64,000 bases of DNA from Mytilus trossulus. Its lineage: Eukaryota. Position numbers and translations under genes: made by a program. The notes beneath the pieces are model-generated. The model was given only the letters and a program-made list of their open reading frames with translations, had not been told where the DNA came from and ran no database searches. The DNA lies in NCBI RefSeq assembly GCF_036588685.1, contig NC_086386.1, positions 29,140,001 to 29,204,000 of the forward strand, read 5' to 3'. The first letter of the stretch is position 1, and the number at the start of each line of letters is the position of its first letter. Below are positions 26,198 to 36,899 of this stretch, piece by piece.

Positions 26198-26710
26198 GTG
26201 AGTTCGTGGTCAAGTGGTTAAGACCGATGGCTACAGTGCTGAAGGTCCCTAGTTCGATTCTCACTCGGGGTGCTAAAATTATCAGTACATCAGAAGGGTA
26301 ATTTTCACCCTCTCACACACATCTCTGGTACCCAGACCGGAGTTTAAACTAGAATGGGTACTTTGAGGGCCTCGGTTGGTCAAAGTTGTCCCCTACTTTG
26401 GCCTGGAGATCAATCTTCTGATATCTCTGTGGTTTGTCTGTTTCCACCGAGTGGCCCGGTGGTTCTCTCTGAGTACTTCGCCTTCCTCCACCATAATAAC
26501 AGACTTCCCGGTGTCATAGCACTTCCTTTCTGTTGGATGGGGATTGAACTGTCCTTGTAAAAATAATTGTCGTATAAATAAACGTTAGTGACACATCTCC
26601 ATTAATCACGATTGGGAGTGTACATGGATGTCACTGTACCCTCGCAGTTTTCGAGGGGTTCTTCGGATATCAGAGGCATTTACCAGTACATACATACATA
26701 CATACATACA
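26198..26710 (+). mobile_element. Full-length tRNA-derived SINE with (TACA)n tail
   Basis: A box GTGGTCAAGTGG, B box GTTCGATTC, conserved central SINE-domain-like GGTGGTTCTCTCTGAGTACTTCGCCTTCCTCCACCA, (TACA)n tail; ATACAAT on both flanks. Confidence 0.8.
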
Positions 26711-27417
26711 ATCAAAGAATTGTTGAAAAAATTATTGTAAAATCATTTTCATTAGATTTTTACACAATATCAAGCGCTATTCAAAAGATAAAGAATAATA
26801 ATGTGTCCATAGTAACACGGATGCCCCATTCGCACTATCCCTATCATTTTTTTATGTTCAGTGGACCGTGAAATTGGAATCAAAACTCTAATTGGCATGT
26901 TATACAATTATAAAAATCAATTATGAACATGTGTCAGTCAGGATTCTACTTCGTCAAAATTATCTCCCCAGTACGTACCCCAGTTCATTTTCACAATCGT
27001 AGAAATCTATCTACCAGCTAATGAGCATCAGTTAATGTTATTGTCTGCATTGAGTCAACTTAAAACTATTGTCTGATCGGTTGTTAAGTGGAATTTTCAA
27101 AAATTCATAAACATTTAAAAAAAAAATAATTAAATATTTCGTGGAAGGGCAGACTAAAATTGTTCAGTGGTTGAAGACTTTAAACCCTTATTTTCACACA
27201 ATAAAATATGCTTTTTTAAGATATGCGTTTTCACCATTCAACTTAAAAGACTCGTCAAGTACTTTTGGTAAAAAAAAAAATTAGCTAGTCTAACACACCT
27301 ACTCTGTTTTTGTTATTCATTAGAAAGGTATTTTACTTGACAAATGTATTTTATCTTTTAGTACTGTGAATTTCTTATGTTATACAGTCAACCTGATTTG
27401 TTTATGACAGACAGTTA

Positions 27418-29243
27418 TTAAAGAACAATACAACTAGACTTATTTTTTCTTCGCAGTGCTTCTTCTCTACGGCACTGATCAAGTTCTTCCTTTTCTCTCT
27501 TGAGTTGTTGGTCATTTTTATATCTGTTTAATTCTTGGACAAATTCAGATTCCTCACCATGAGCCCTGATTGCCACTAGAATGTGTTTATTAGAAATGTT
27601 CACATGCTCTTTAAGTAGACACAATGATTCATTGCTTCCCAGATGACAAGCAGCCCACATGCATTTTTCTTTAGAATTCAACCACCATTCTTTTTCTAAT
27701 AATGAATCTTTTATAGGTGGATGAATTAATATATGACTTGCAAGTCTTAATTTTGGTCTTTCCTGATGAAACAAATACCATAAAAATCCATAAAACTGGG
27801 ATTTTTCTTTCTGTAATAGTTCTACATAACTGTCAAATTCATTAGTGATAAAATTGTGTTTAATGAAATCTACAAAGGTATCATCATCTAATGCTTCGTG
27901 TGTTGCTACATTGTCAATATTTCCATCTTTTATCTCCTTTATAAATCTTTCTAATAAATTTTGATAATGTTTGGGATAAATACGTAAACATAAATCTCTA
28001 TTTTGATTGTTAATATGATCTTCATGTACTGTAGCAGTGGCTCTATTACGGTTTGATTTGCCGACACGCACATATTCTATAAGAAATTTACTACTACATT
28101 TACGCAAAGCAAGTGATAAACCTTCCAATGAGACAGTGTTTAATCCAAGGGTCAAACAGACTGCATCTGCAAAAGCTTTATGGACAAATTCACATGAATT
28201 ATCTTCTTCATTGTATTTGAAATAAATACCATTATAACCTTTAATGGTGAAATTTGCCAAATGATTCAAAATTTCATAACTTCGAGATTCTCTAAGTGAA
28301 CAAATGTTGGCAAGTTCTTTGAACATCAAGTTTTCTTCATTCCTAAAAATGTTTTCAATATGTTCAATAAAAACCTTTCCATCCTGACTAAGAATTAACA
28401 ACAGCAAATAAAAGTGGTACTTTTTTCCTTCTTGGTCTTCCATCTGCTTTTGTAAATATATCACTTTGTCGATAAAAAGCTCTAGTGGGTGGTGAAAAAA
28501 GTCAACACCCCTTCTAAAATAATGGTCATTACATACAAATTTGTAACAACACTCAATAAATCCTACAGGTGTATATATGCGTGAAACATGCCTCAGAGTT
28601 CTTGTCGATATTCTAGGGTTTTCAGATTCAAGGTCTTCATCTCTATAGTCTAAGCATATATGTACCTTAGTTAAATCTTCTTTCAATGCATATTTAAAGT
28701 ACTCATTTATCATAAGATATCGCTCATTTTCATCAAAAGTAAATTCTTCTTCCATATCAAATCTGAATCTTTCGAAGTCTTTAAAAAATGTAAAATCTCG
28801 GAGAGAATTTTCATATTCACACCAAATACTGCTTGGCATAGTCGTCACAATTAATATAAAAGAAGATCGTTTTATGAATTCTAACATATTTTGCAAAGGG
28901 CATTCCCAGTTTTTTGAAAATGTATGTTTTTCAAATGTACCACTGGATCCAAACATACCTTCTAACCAAATGATAGATTTATCGTTTGGATGTATATGTA
29001 TACATGAATTCCATTGGTCGGGTGATGATATTATAACAGGATTCAAGTGGTTACCTGCTATCTCTGCATGAGTGTAATAGTACAATAATTCTTTAACCAT
29101 AGATTTTTTTCCACACCCAAAATTTCCAGTAATGACAAGGAATTGTACTTTTTCCAGTTTTCTTATGGCTTCTAGAAAAGCAACTGTTTTATCCATTCTT
29201 ATGCCTGTGTTAATGTGATTCTGTATGACAACCTTTGTTCTTG
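27418..29243 (-). CDS. Large last exon of the STAND-like gene (NTPase, helical and CaaX regions)
   Basis: 592-aa ORF extended upstream to a ttttag| acceptor at 29243. Confidence 0.88.
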
Positions 29244-32200
29244 CTAAAACATAATATTTGGAATACTACAGTATATGTTTATTTGAGGAAAATTCATGTA
29301 GGAACAATGTGCATTTTATGTGTAAGAGCAAAGAAGGCTGTTTGTTTGCTTTGGGTTTTTTTTTTAAACATTCAAACCAAAGTATAATTGTTATTCCACT
29401 AGCATATAGAGTTTTGTCTGTGAGGATGATATACTTTGTATGAAATGATTACTTATTGCATTTTTTTTTAATTTAAATTTAAATACACTTCTATACTTCT
29501 AATACAATCCAACATTTTCTACATTTGAAAATGCCTGTACCAAGTCAGGAATATGACAGGCGTCGTCCATTCATCTGATGTGTTTTGTCATTTTTGTTTT
29601 GCCAAGTGATTAATAGGGACTTTCCGATTGAATATTCCTCGGAGTTCAGTATTTTTGTAATTTTACTTTTTATACACATTTATGAATCACTTTTTATGCA
29701 CATTTATGTCTTTAAAGAGGGACGAAAAATACCAAAGGGACAGTCAAACTCATAAATCTAAAACAAACTGACAACGCCATGGCTAAAATGAAAAAGACAA
29801 ACAAACAATGGTACACATGACACAACATAGAAAACAAAAGAATAAACAATACGAACCCCACCAAATACAAGGGGGCGATCTCAGGTGCTCCGGAAGGGTA
29901 ACCAGATCCTGCTCCACATGTGGCACCCGTCGTGTTGCTTATGTGATATCACATGCGGAAAATAGTTTAATTCGGTAGGTCACATTCATGAAAGGGAAGG
30001 GGATTGAAGTTACGATCCAATATCATATTCTTAAACGGTTATTCCATAACGGTCAACCAACTCGTGATGGCGTCCGTAAAGTTTACGAAGGGATGATTTC
30101 AACATCACCCTTTGAAACTCTTTGTTTAATAGCTTCCTTGCGAGCAGCAACCCACTAACAAGAAAATCATGATAGGAAATGCAAGCACGGGAATATCGTA
30201 TCAATTAGGAGATATAAACCCCGTATGCAGGTGCTGCTGGAATGTTGCTACTTAGAAATGGAACGTTCACAATTGGAAAGCTGAAATCATCTCTTTTGTC
30301 GTAAAGTTTTGTTTTCAACCGATCCTCATTGTCAATTTCTAGATGTAAGTCAAGATATGAAGCCGACTTAACTGTATCTGTAGTGTCCTTTACCTCTAGT
30401 TCAATGGGATTTTAAACTTTTCGTTGAAGTCTACAAACCCACTCAGTATTTCACATTAAAAATATATGTAAACCAACAAATTAATCAAGAACGTGTCCAC
30501 AGTACACGGATGCCCCACTCACACTATCATTTTCTATGTTCACTTGACCGTGAAATTGGGGTAGAAACTATAATTTGGCATTAAAATAAAAAAAAGATCA
30601 TATCATAGGAAACATATGTACTAAGTTTTAAGTTGGTTGAGCTTCAACTTCATCAAACACTACCTTGACCAAAAACTTAAGTGTGAAGCGGTACAGACGG
30701 ACGGACAGACGAACGTATGCACAGACTAAAAATCATAATGCCCCTCTGCTATCGAAGTTGAGTCATAAAAACACTGGTTGTCCCTTGCAAACATATCCAG
30801 GACTAAAATGATACAAACCCCAATTAGGACCAATTTAAAAAATAAACTGTTAGATCAATAACAAAAGATATGTCTTGTATTTATGTAACCTTATCACAAA
30901 GTTAAACAATTATTATAGCTAATATTTCAGATGCACATGTAAGTCTCCCTTCCATGACAATCATAATTTTATTTCCATTTATTTTGAAACAAACTACATG
31001 ACTTGTGTAGTGCTGAGAAAATATGGCAGAAATATGTTACAGGCAGACGGACAACCATTACCTAGTATTTCCCAATCTTTATTTTTCATTTGACCAAGGG
31101 CAAAAAAAATGTATTAACTTCCACAAAAACTTACCATCTAAATTATCCAAAGTCTCGCTAGTATGACTGTCTGTTCTTTCGACAGGGGCAGCTGATCCTA
31201 TTTATAACAATAACATGAATTAAAAAGGTGAGAATATTTTATTCATCATCAGTATATTTAATATGTAGGTATAATGTACATATATAATACATGACATACA
31301 TTGAAATATATATATATTTTTTAAAGTTGTCTAACTAACCTGCATGATCAATATCATTTTATACATGTTAGATGTATTACATTATTGTGTATTGTCCAAT
31401 ATTATTTTATACATGTAAGATGTATGACATTATTGTGTATTGTCCAATATTATTTTATACATGTTAGATGTATTACATTATTGTGTATTGTCCAATATTA
31501 TTTTATACATGTAAGATGTATGACATTATTGTGTATTGTCCAAAATTATTTTATACATGTTAGATGTATTACATTATTGTGTATTGTCCTGTAATGTCAC
31601 ACTTGTGCTTATTTCAATGTTTAAGATTACAGAAAATGATTTTATTTTTATTGTTTTAAAGATTCAGCAGAAGGAATAGAAAAAAATATGACTAGAGGAA
31701 CATGGCCTAAGCAGTAGGTCCAGTAAGACCACTTTTTGGCCCTAAAATACATGACGTATAGCAGTTTTAAAACGTTGTTAAAATGTAAACCTTAAGATAT
31801 TAATTTAAACATAGAATACTTCTATTATCAATAATGTGGTCATTTTAATAAATTTCCATTTAAAAAAACTAAGGATTTTCTTATCCCAGGCATAGATAAC
31901 CTTAGCCGTATTTGGCACAACTTTTTGGAATTTTGGATCCTCAATGCTCTTCAACTTTGTATAAATTGTTTGGCTTTATAAATATTTTGATATGAGCGTC
32001 ACTGATGAGTCTTATGTAGACGAAACGCGCGTCTGGCGTACTAAATTACAATCCTGGTAGCTTTGATAACTATCTGCTATATAAATATGGGCTGTTTTGA
32101 CAAAACAATGCACATGTATCGGGTACTAGCATTACAAAGTCATGCTATATTACTGAAATCTTAAAAATTTTAGCATTTGAGACAAATTTTAAACGGTTTC

Positions 32201-35200
32201 TGTCATAAATCGTAGTGGCCACATTTGTGTTCAATCTTAATATTCAAATATAAGTTGTATTTAATGATAATTCATAACCTGATAACATATATAAAGGTTG
32301 AGGATGAACATGGATGCAGCCATTTTCATTTTTGACAAAACCCATCTGAAAAGTGACCTATTAATATGTTAGATTTTTGTTGGCACATATGAATTACCAA
32401 ACTGCACATGTAAGCAGCCTGGTTGGCATTCAATTCTTACTTGCATCTCATGTGCTTCACATGTGAAACTTATGTGCTTTTTTTAACAATTTCTGTACGG
32501 TTTATGGCAAATTTGACTTGTTTGCTGGATTTTAATATTTAAGCTTGAGTTGGAGGGCCTAAATCAGTTCAAATCTTTCACATAAACTAATTGAATCTAC
32601 TAAAAGAGGGACGAAAGACACCAAAGGGACAGTCAAACTCGTAAATCTAAAACAAACTGACAACGCCATGGCTAAAAATGAAAAAGACAAACAGAAAAAC
32701 AATAGTACACATGACACAACATAGAAAACTAAAGAATAAACAACACGAACCCCACCAAAAACTAGGGGTGATCTCAGGTGCTCCGGAAGGGTAAGCAGAT
32801 CCTGCTCCACATGCGGCACCCGTCGTGTTGCTTATGTGATTACAAATCCGGTAAATAGTCTAATTCGGTAGGTCAAATTCATGAAAGGGAAGGGGATTGT
32901 AGTTACGACGTTAGGAACATATCCGATATCATTTGTGAAACGGTTATTCCATAACGGTCAACCAACTCGTGATGGCGTCCGTAAAATTTACGAAGGGATG
33001 ATTTCAACTTCACCATTTGGAACTATTGGTTTAATAGCTTCCTTGTGAGCAGTAACCCTCTATCAAGAAAATCATGATAGGAAATGCAAGCACGGGAATA
33101 TCGTATCAATTGGGAGATATATACCCCGTATGCAGGTGCTGCTGGAATGTTGCTACTTAGAAATGGAAAGTTCACAATTGGAAAGCTGAAATCATCTCTT
33201 TTGTCGTAAAGTTTTGTCTTCAGCCGACCCTCATTGTCAATTTCTAGATGTAAGTCAAGATATGAAGCCGACTTAACTGTATCTGTAGTATCCTTAAAGT
33301 AGACTCAAGTAGACACTTCAGTGTTTAAAAAGTTTTCAAAATCTTTCATCAGATGAACCTGCAGTTTTAAGCCAAAATCAGCCGTTACCAAACCTAATCC
33401 TTTGTGTTATTTTAACATGTTTAAGGCTTAAATCATTTAATTAGCAAATATGTGATACATATGATTTTTACACTTCAGTGACAACATTTTTCACACTGGT
33501 TTGGATCAGAATTTTATAAGACTAGCCTTGAATTAAAATATACAACCTCCTTATTTTGGTCTCATTTGACCAGGTCAAAAAGTAAGGTTTAGGTATGCTG
33601 TTTATGATAGCATCTGCAGCTAAGTCAACGATATATTAAGTTGTGTAAAGGCAAGTTTAAGAAGAACATCTAATGGTAGGTCTTTGATTTATGGTATGTA
33701 GTTGTATTGTAGTGGCACCTATCTTTCAATGAAGATTATTTGGTCCAGTCCAATCAGTCATCGTACTTTTGCTTACTTTACATATTTTATTATAGTACGT
33801 TAAGGTAAGAAAAACCACTACTTAGTGATATGTCAATGTGACATGTATATGGTATGTAGATGCGTTTGTATTGCCTCATCTCATTTCCATGGAGATTATT
33901 CAACCCACTTCCTTAATTATAATATTGTATATTAAGCATGCGAGTATCTATTTTTTATATATAACTTGATATGCCTATCATACCTGAAGAAAGGTTGATG
34001 TTCTCAGACTGAAATACAGTAACATTATTTGTTACTGATGTTCCTACAATATAGAATGAACAGGTAATTTATATACCTATATAATAAAATAATAAAAAAT
34101 ATATCAGGTAATTGATGTACCTACAATAGAGAAAAATCAGGTTATTGATGTACCTTAGATATAGAAATATCAGGTAACTGATGTACCTTTGATTTGGAAA
34201 TATCAGGTAACTGATATACCTTTCGATAGAGAATTATTAGGTAACTGATGTACCTTTGATAGAAAAATATCAGGAAACTGTATAACTTAATGTGTCACAA
34301 AAGAGTAAAGAAATATTGGTGTTTCATTTTGTTTATACTTTTAGTTCTATTTACTTAAGTTTTACTTTATCTTATATACCTGGTTAATCATGCTGTTTTG
34401 TACATGAAACACCTGGCCAGTGTCTGGCTTACAAAGTTTTTATTTATAGCATATTTCATTGTCTAAGATAAGTTATTACCATATATTATACCTATATCAT
34501 TTGCGTCTTTGTTAGATTAATTTGTATGCTTGTTTGAATATTTAAGTCAGCGTGATGTGCCGATGTTTTGTGTGTAATTTTACACGGTTTCTACAGCTGG
34601 GTCCTAATTATCGTCATATTATCCCAATATGACAGTTTTGGTTACTTACCCAATTCTTTCAAAGTTATGGAACAATGAATATTTGATGTATAGGTGGGAG
34701 GTTTAGCTAGCGATAAAAAAAAATTATATAACCCACTTTTTTTTTTTTTTTTTATATGCCTGTTTTAAAATCAGAACTATCTATGGCAGTTGTTTTTCAC
34801 TTGTTCAGATTGTTGATTCATAACATTTGATTTCGGTTGTTTTATAGGCTCCCTGGTTTAGAATTTTCTTTGGAATTCAGTATTTTTGTTAAACTATTTT
34901 AAAAGAAGATTATGAATGTTCTTCTATAAAGCATCACGGCTTTCAAATTAAACAAGAAGAATACCAGGGTTAAGGCTCTTATAATAGTAGACGTACCTTC
35001 CTGTGACGTGCATGATAATTGTTGCTGAACCGTATTTGCAATATTCAAGGCACGGTGTATCTTTTCCGTGCTAACATTTGAATGTGTTAGACATAATTCA
35101 TCTTCTTTTAAATATGAAATTGATTTTACATCTTTACCAAATTGTCTGCTTTCTGTTGATTTATTGAAATTTGTAACTTGTTTCTGGTTCACATTTGGAA

Positions 35201-35498
35201 TTTGAATTGGCATAGACGATCCATGTTCAGTTAGAACTTCAGATTGATTTACATTATTTTTTTTGTGAGTGAAAGTTATAACATTTCCGTAATGTCCACT
35301 ATCTGTAATATCTTGCCATGAATCAAGTTCATTTTCGACGAGAGGAGAACATGGATTGTTTTGATTGTCATTTAAAGTTTCACCCTTCTTATTTGCTACA
35401 ACATTTTGTAATTTAACACTATGTTGATCACATTCTTCTATGCTGCTTTCCACATCATCATGATCACTGTTCGTGTAACATGCTGCTGCCCTGGCCAT
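27418..35498 (-). CDS. STAND-class (nSTAND3-like) P-loop protein, ~816 aa, with C-terminal polybasic-CaaX motif; 4 coding exons
   Basis: Exons 35498-34997, 34043-33984, 31197-31135 and 29243-27418, all joined by phase-1 GT-AG introns, total 2451 nt = 817 codons. Motifs: VITGNFGCGKK (Walker A-like), IIWLEGMFG (Walker B-like), PVGF..C, EFVH...DAV (winged helix), ankyrin-like AACHLG, ending RRKNKSSCIVL-stop. Confidence 0.72.
29714..30409 (-). mobile_element. Penelope-like retroelement 3' fragment (RT thumb + 3' UTR), copy A
   Basis: Minus strand PIELEVKDTTDTVKSASYLDLHLEID..KLYDKRDDFSFPIVN.PFLSSNIPAAPAYG.YIS.LIRYSRAC. Confidence 0.8.
31135..31197 (-). CDS. 63-nt exon of the STAND-like gene (GSAAPVERTDSHTSETLDNLD)
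   Basis: aatag| acceptor, g|gtaagt donor, phase 1-1, no stop. Confidence 0.65.
31345..31590. repeat. 48-bp tandem repeat, ~5 copies
   Basis: ATTATTGTGTATTGTCCAATATTATTTTATACATGT(A/T)AGATGTAT(G/T)AC; alternating variants give a 96-bp higher-order unit. Confidence 0.9.
31996..32039 (+). ncRNA. Type I hammerhead ribozyme within a retrozyme-like repeat (~31863-32072)
   Basis: Stem I GCGTCA/TGGCGT, core CTGATGA (32002-32008), stem II GTCT-TATGT-AGAC, GAAA, minimal palindromic stem III ACGCGCGT, cleavage triplet GTC (cut after 32033). Confidence 0.9.
32602..33295 (-). mobile_element. Penelope-like retroelement 3' fragment, copy B
   Basis: Near-identical to copy A; RT C-terminus ends at ISDMFLTS-stop with no downstream GIY-YIG; one internal premature stop. 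Confidence 0.8.
33984..34043 (-). CDS. 60-nt exon of the STAND-like gene (GTSVTNNVTVFQSENINLSS)
   Basis: ttctatattgtag| acceptor, cag|gtatga donor, phase 1-1, no stop. Confidence 0.55.
34044..34288. repeat. ~33-bp tandem repeat, ~7 copies, abutting the 60-nt exon acceptor
   Basis: Unit CCTTTGATATAGAAATATCAGGTAACTGATGTA. Confidence 0.8.
34997..35498 (-). CDS. First coding exon of the STAND-like gene, low-complexity/disordered N-terminus
   Basis: ttttccag| acceptor at 35505, ATG at 35498, gaag|gtacgt donor; ORF track 34899-35519. Confidence 0.65.
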
Positions 35499-35544
35499 TT
35501 TAGACCTGGAAAATTCCAATATGAATTAGCATATTGTATAAATT

Positions 35545-36630
35545 AAAGAACCTTAGTGAGCACGCTCACATACCCCACGTTCCCACATTGTCATTGGAGA
35601 AATCAAATAAGTGTAAGGAAAAAATTGTATAAGAAAAAATATTGAATAATAATTTCCTGTCAATATGCACATCTACATGCATAGTATGTCCTTATTATCT
35701 ACAAAATTTCATGAAATTCTGTTGTGTGGTTTCAGAGGAGTTGAGATGACAAACTGTTGCAGAAGTACATTGAAGCAAATAAGTTCAACTCCTAGAAAAA
35801 AAATGAATCAAAATTTCTTGTCTAAATGCACATCTAAGTAGTATGTCCTTATTATCTACAAAGTTTCATGAAATTCTGTTGTGTGGTTTGAGAGGAGTTG
35901 CGATGACAAACTGTTGCAGTAGCACTTTAAAGTAAATAGGTTCAAAGGGGCGTTACTCCTAGAAAAAAAAATTGAATCGCAATTTCCCGTCGATATGCAC
36001 AACTACATAGTATGTCCTTATTAACTGAAAAGGTTTCGTGAAATTCTGTTTTGTGGTTTGAGAGGAGTTGCGATGACAAACTGTTGCAGTAGTACACTAA
36101 AGTAAATAAGTTCAAAGGGGCACAACTCCTAGAAAAAAAAATTGAATCGCAATTTCCCGTCGATATGCACAACTACATAGTATGTCCTTATTATCTGAAA
36201 AGGTTTCATGAAATTCTGTTGAGTGGTTTGAGAGGAGTTGCGATGACAAACTGTTGCAGTAGTACACTAAAGTAAATAAGTTCAAAGAGGCGTTACTACT
36301 AGAAAAAAAATTGAATCGCAATTTCCCGTCGATATGCACAACTACATAGTATGTCCTTATTTACTGAAAAGGTTTCGTGAAATTCTGTTGTGTGGTTTGA
36401 GAGGAGTTGCGATGACAAACTGTTACAGTAGTACACTAAAGTAAATAAGTTCAAAGGGGTGTAACTCCTAGAAAAAAAATTGAATCGCAATTTCCCGTCG
36501 ATATGCACAACTACATAGTATGTCCTTATTATCTGAAAAGGTTTTGTGAAATTCTGTTGAGTGGTTTGAGAGGAGTTGCGATGACAAGAAACAGGACTGA
36601 CGGACGGACGGACGGACTGACAGACGGACA

Positions 36631-36680
<50 letters not shown>
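35545..36680. mobile_element. Helentron/HINE-like (pearl-type) element carrying a 170-bp satellite (~6 copies)
   Basis: 170-bp period (35942, 36112, 36282, 36451); (GACG/GACA)n microsatellite; terminal hairpin TTATACCC..CGCAAC..GTTGCG..GGGTATAA. Confidence 0.8.
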
Positions 36681-36899
36681 TAGTGTTCAATAAACTAATA
36701 TTTAGAACAGTTGGACACATGTAACGGTTCCAGTAGTCAGGTGTACTACTTTGTACAAGTAATTTTTATTTATATAATATCATACTTATGTACTAACACA
36801 GGAAGGTTATCAAAGGAAGAAAAAAATCACATTTAATGGTCAGCTTATTTATATAAATGAGAAAAAATAAATTTATATTAATTACCTATAAATCCTGAT

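Noticed and set aside
26198-26275. tRNA gene
   Set aside because: A and B boxes are present but there is no convincing cloverleaf; it continues into a SINE body and (TACA)n tail. The same applies to 2646-2737.
31340-31590. Extra coding exon of the STAND-like gene (48-bp repeat bounded by acceptor- and donor-like sites) or the + strand repeat ORF
   Set aside because: All three minus-strand frames contain a stop in every unit; the + strand ORF is a by-product of a period divisible by 3.
32559-32819. 86-aa membrane-protein-like ORF
   Set aside because: Lies in the 3' UTR of the Penelope-like repeat, a region also present in copy A; spurious ORF.
35942-36646. Three similar ORFs on the minus strand
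   Set aside because: They are translations of the 170-bp satellite units and have no domain features.
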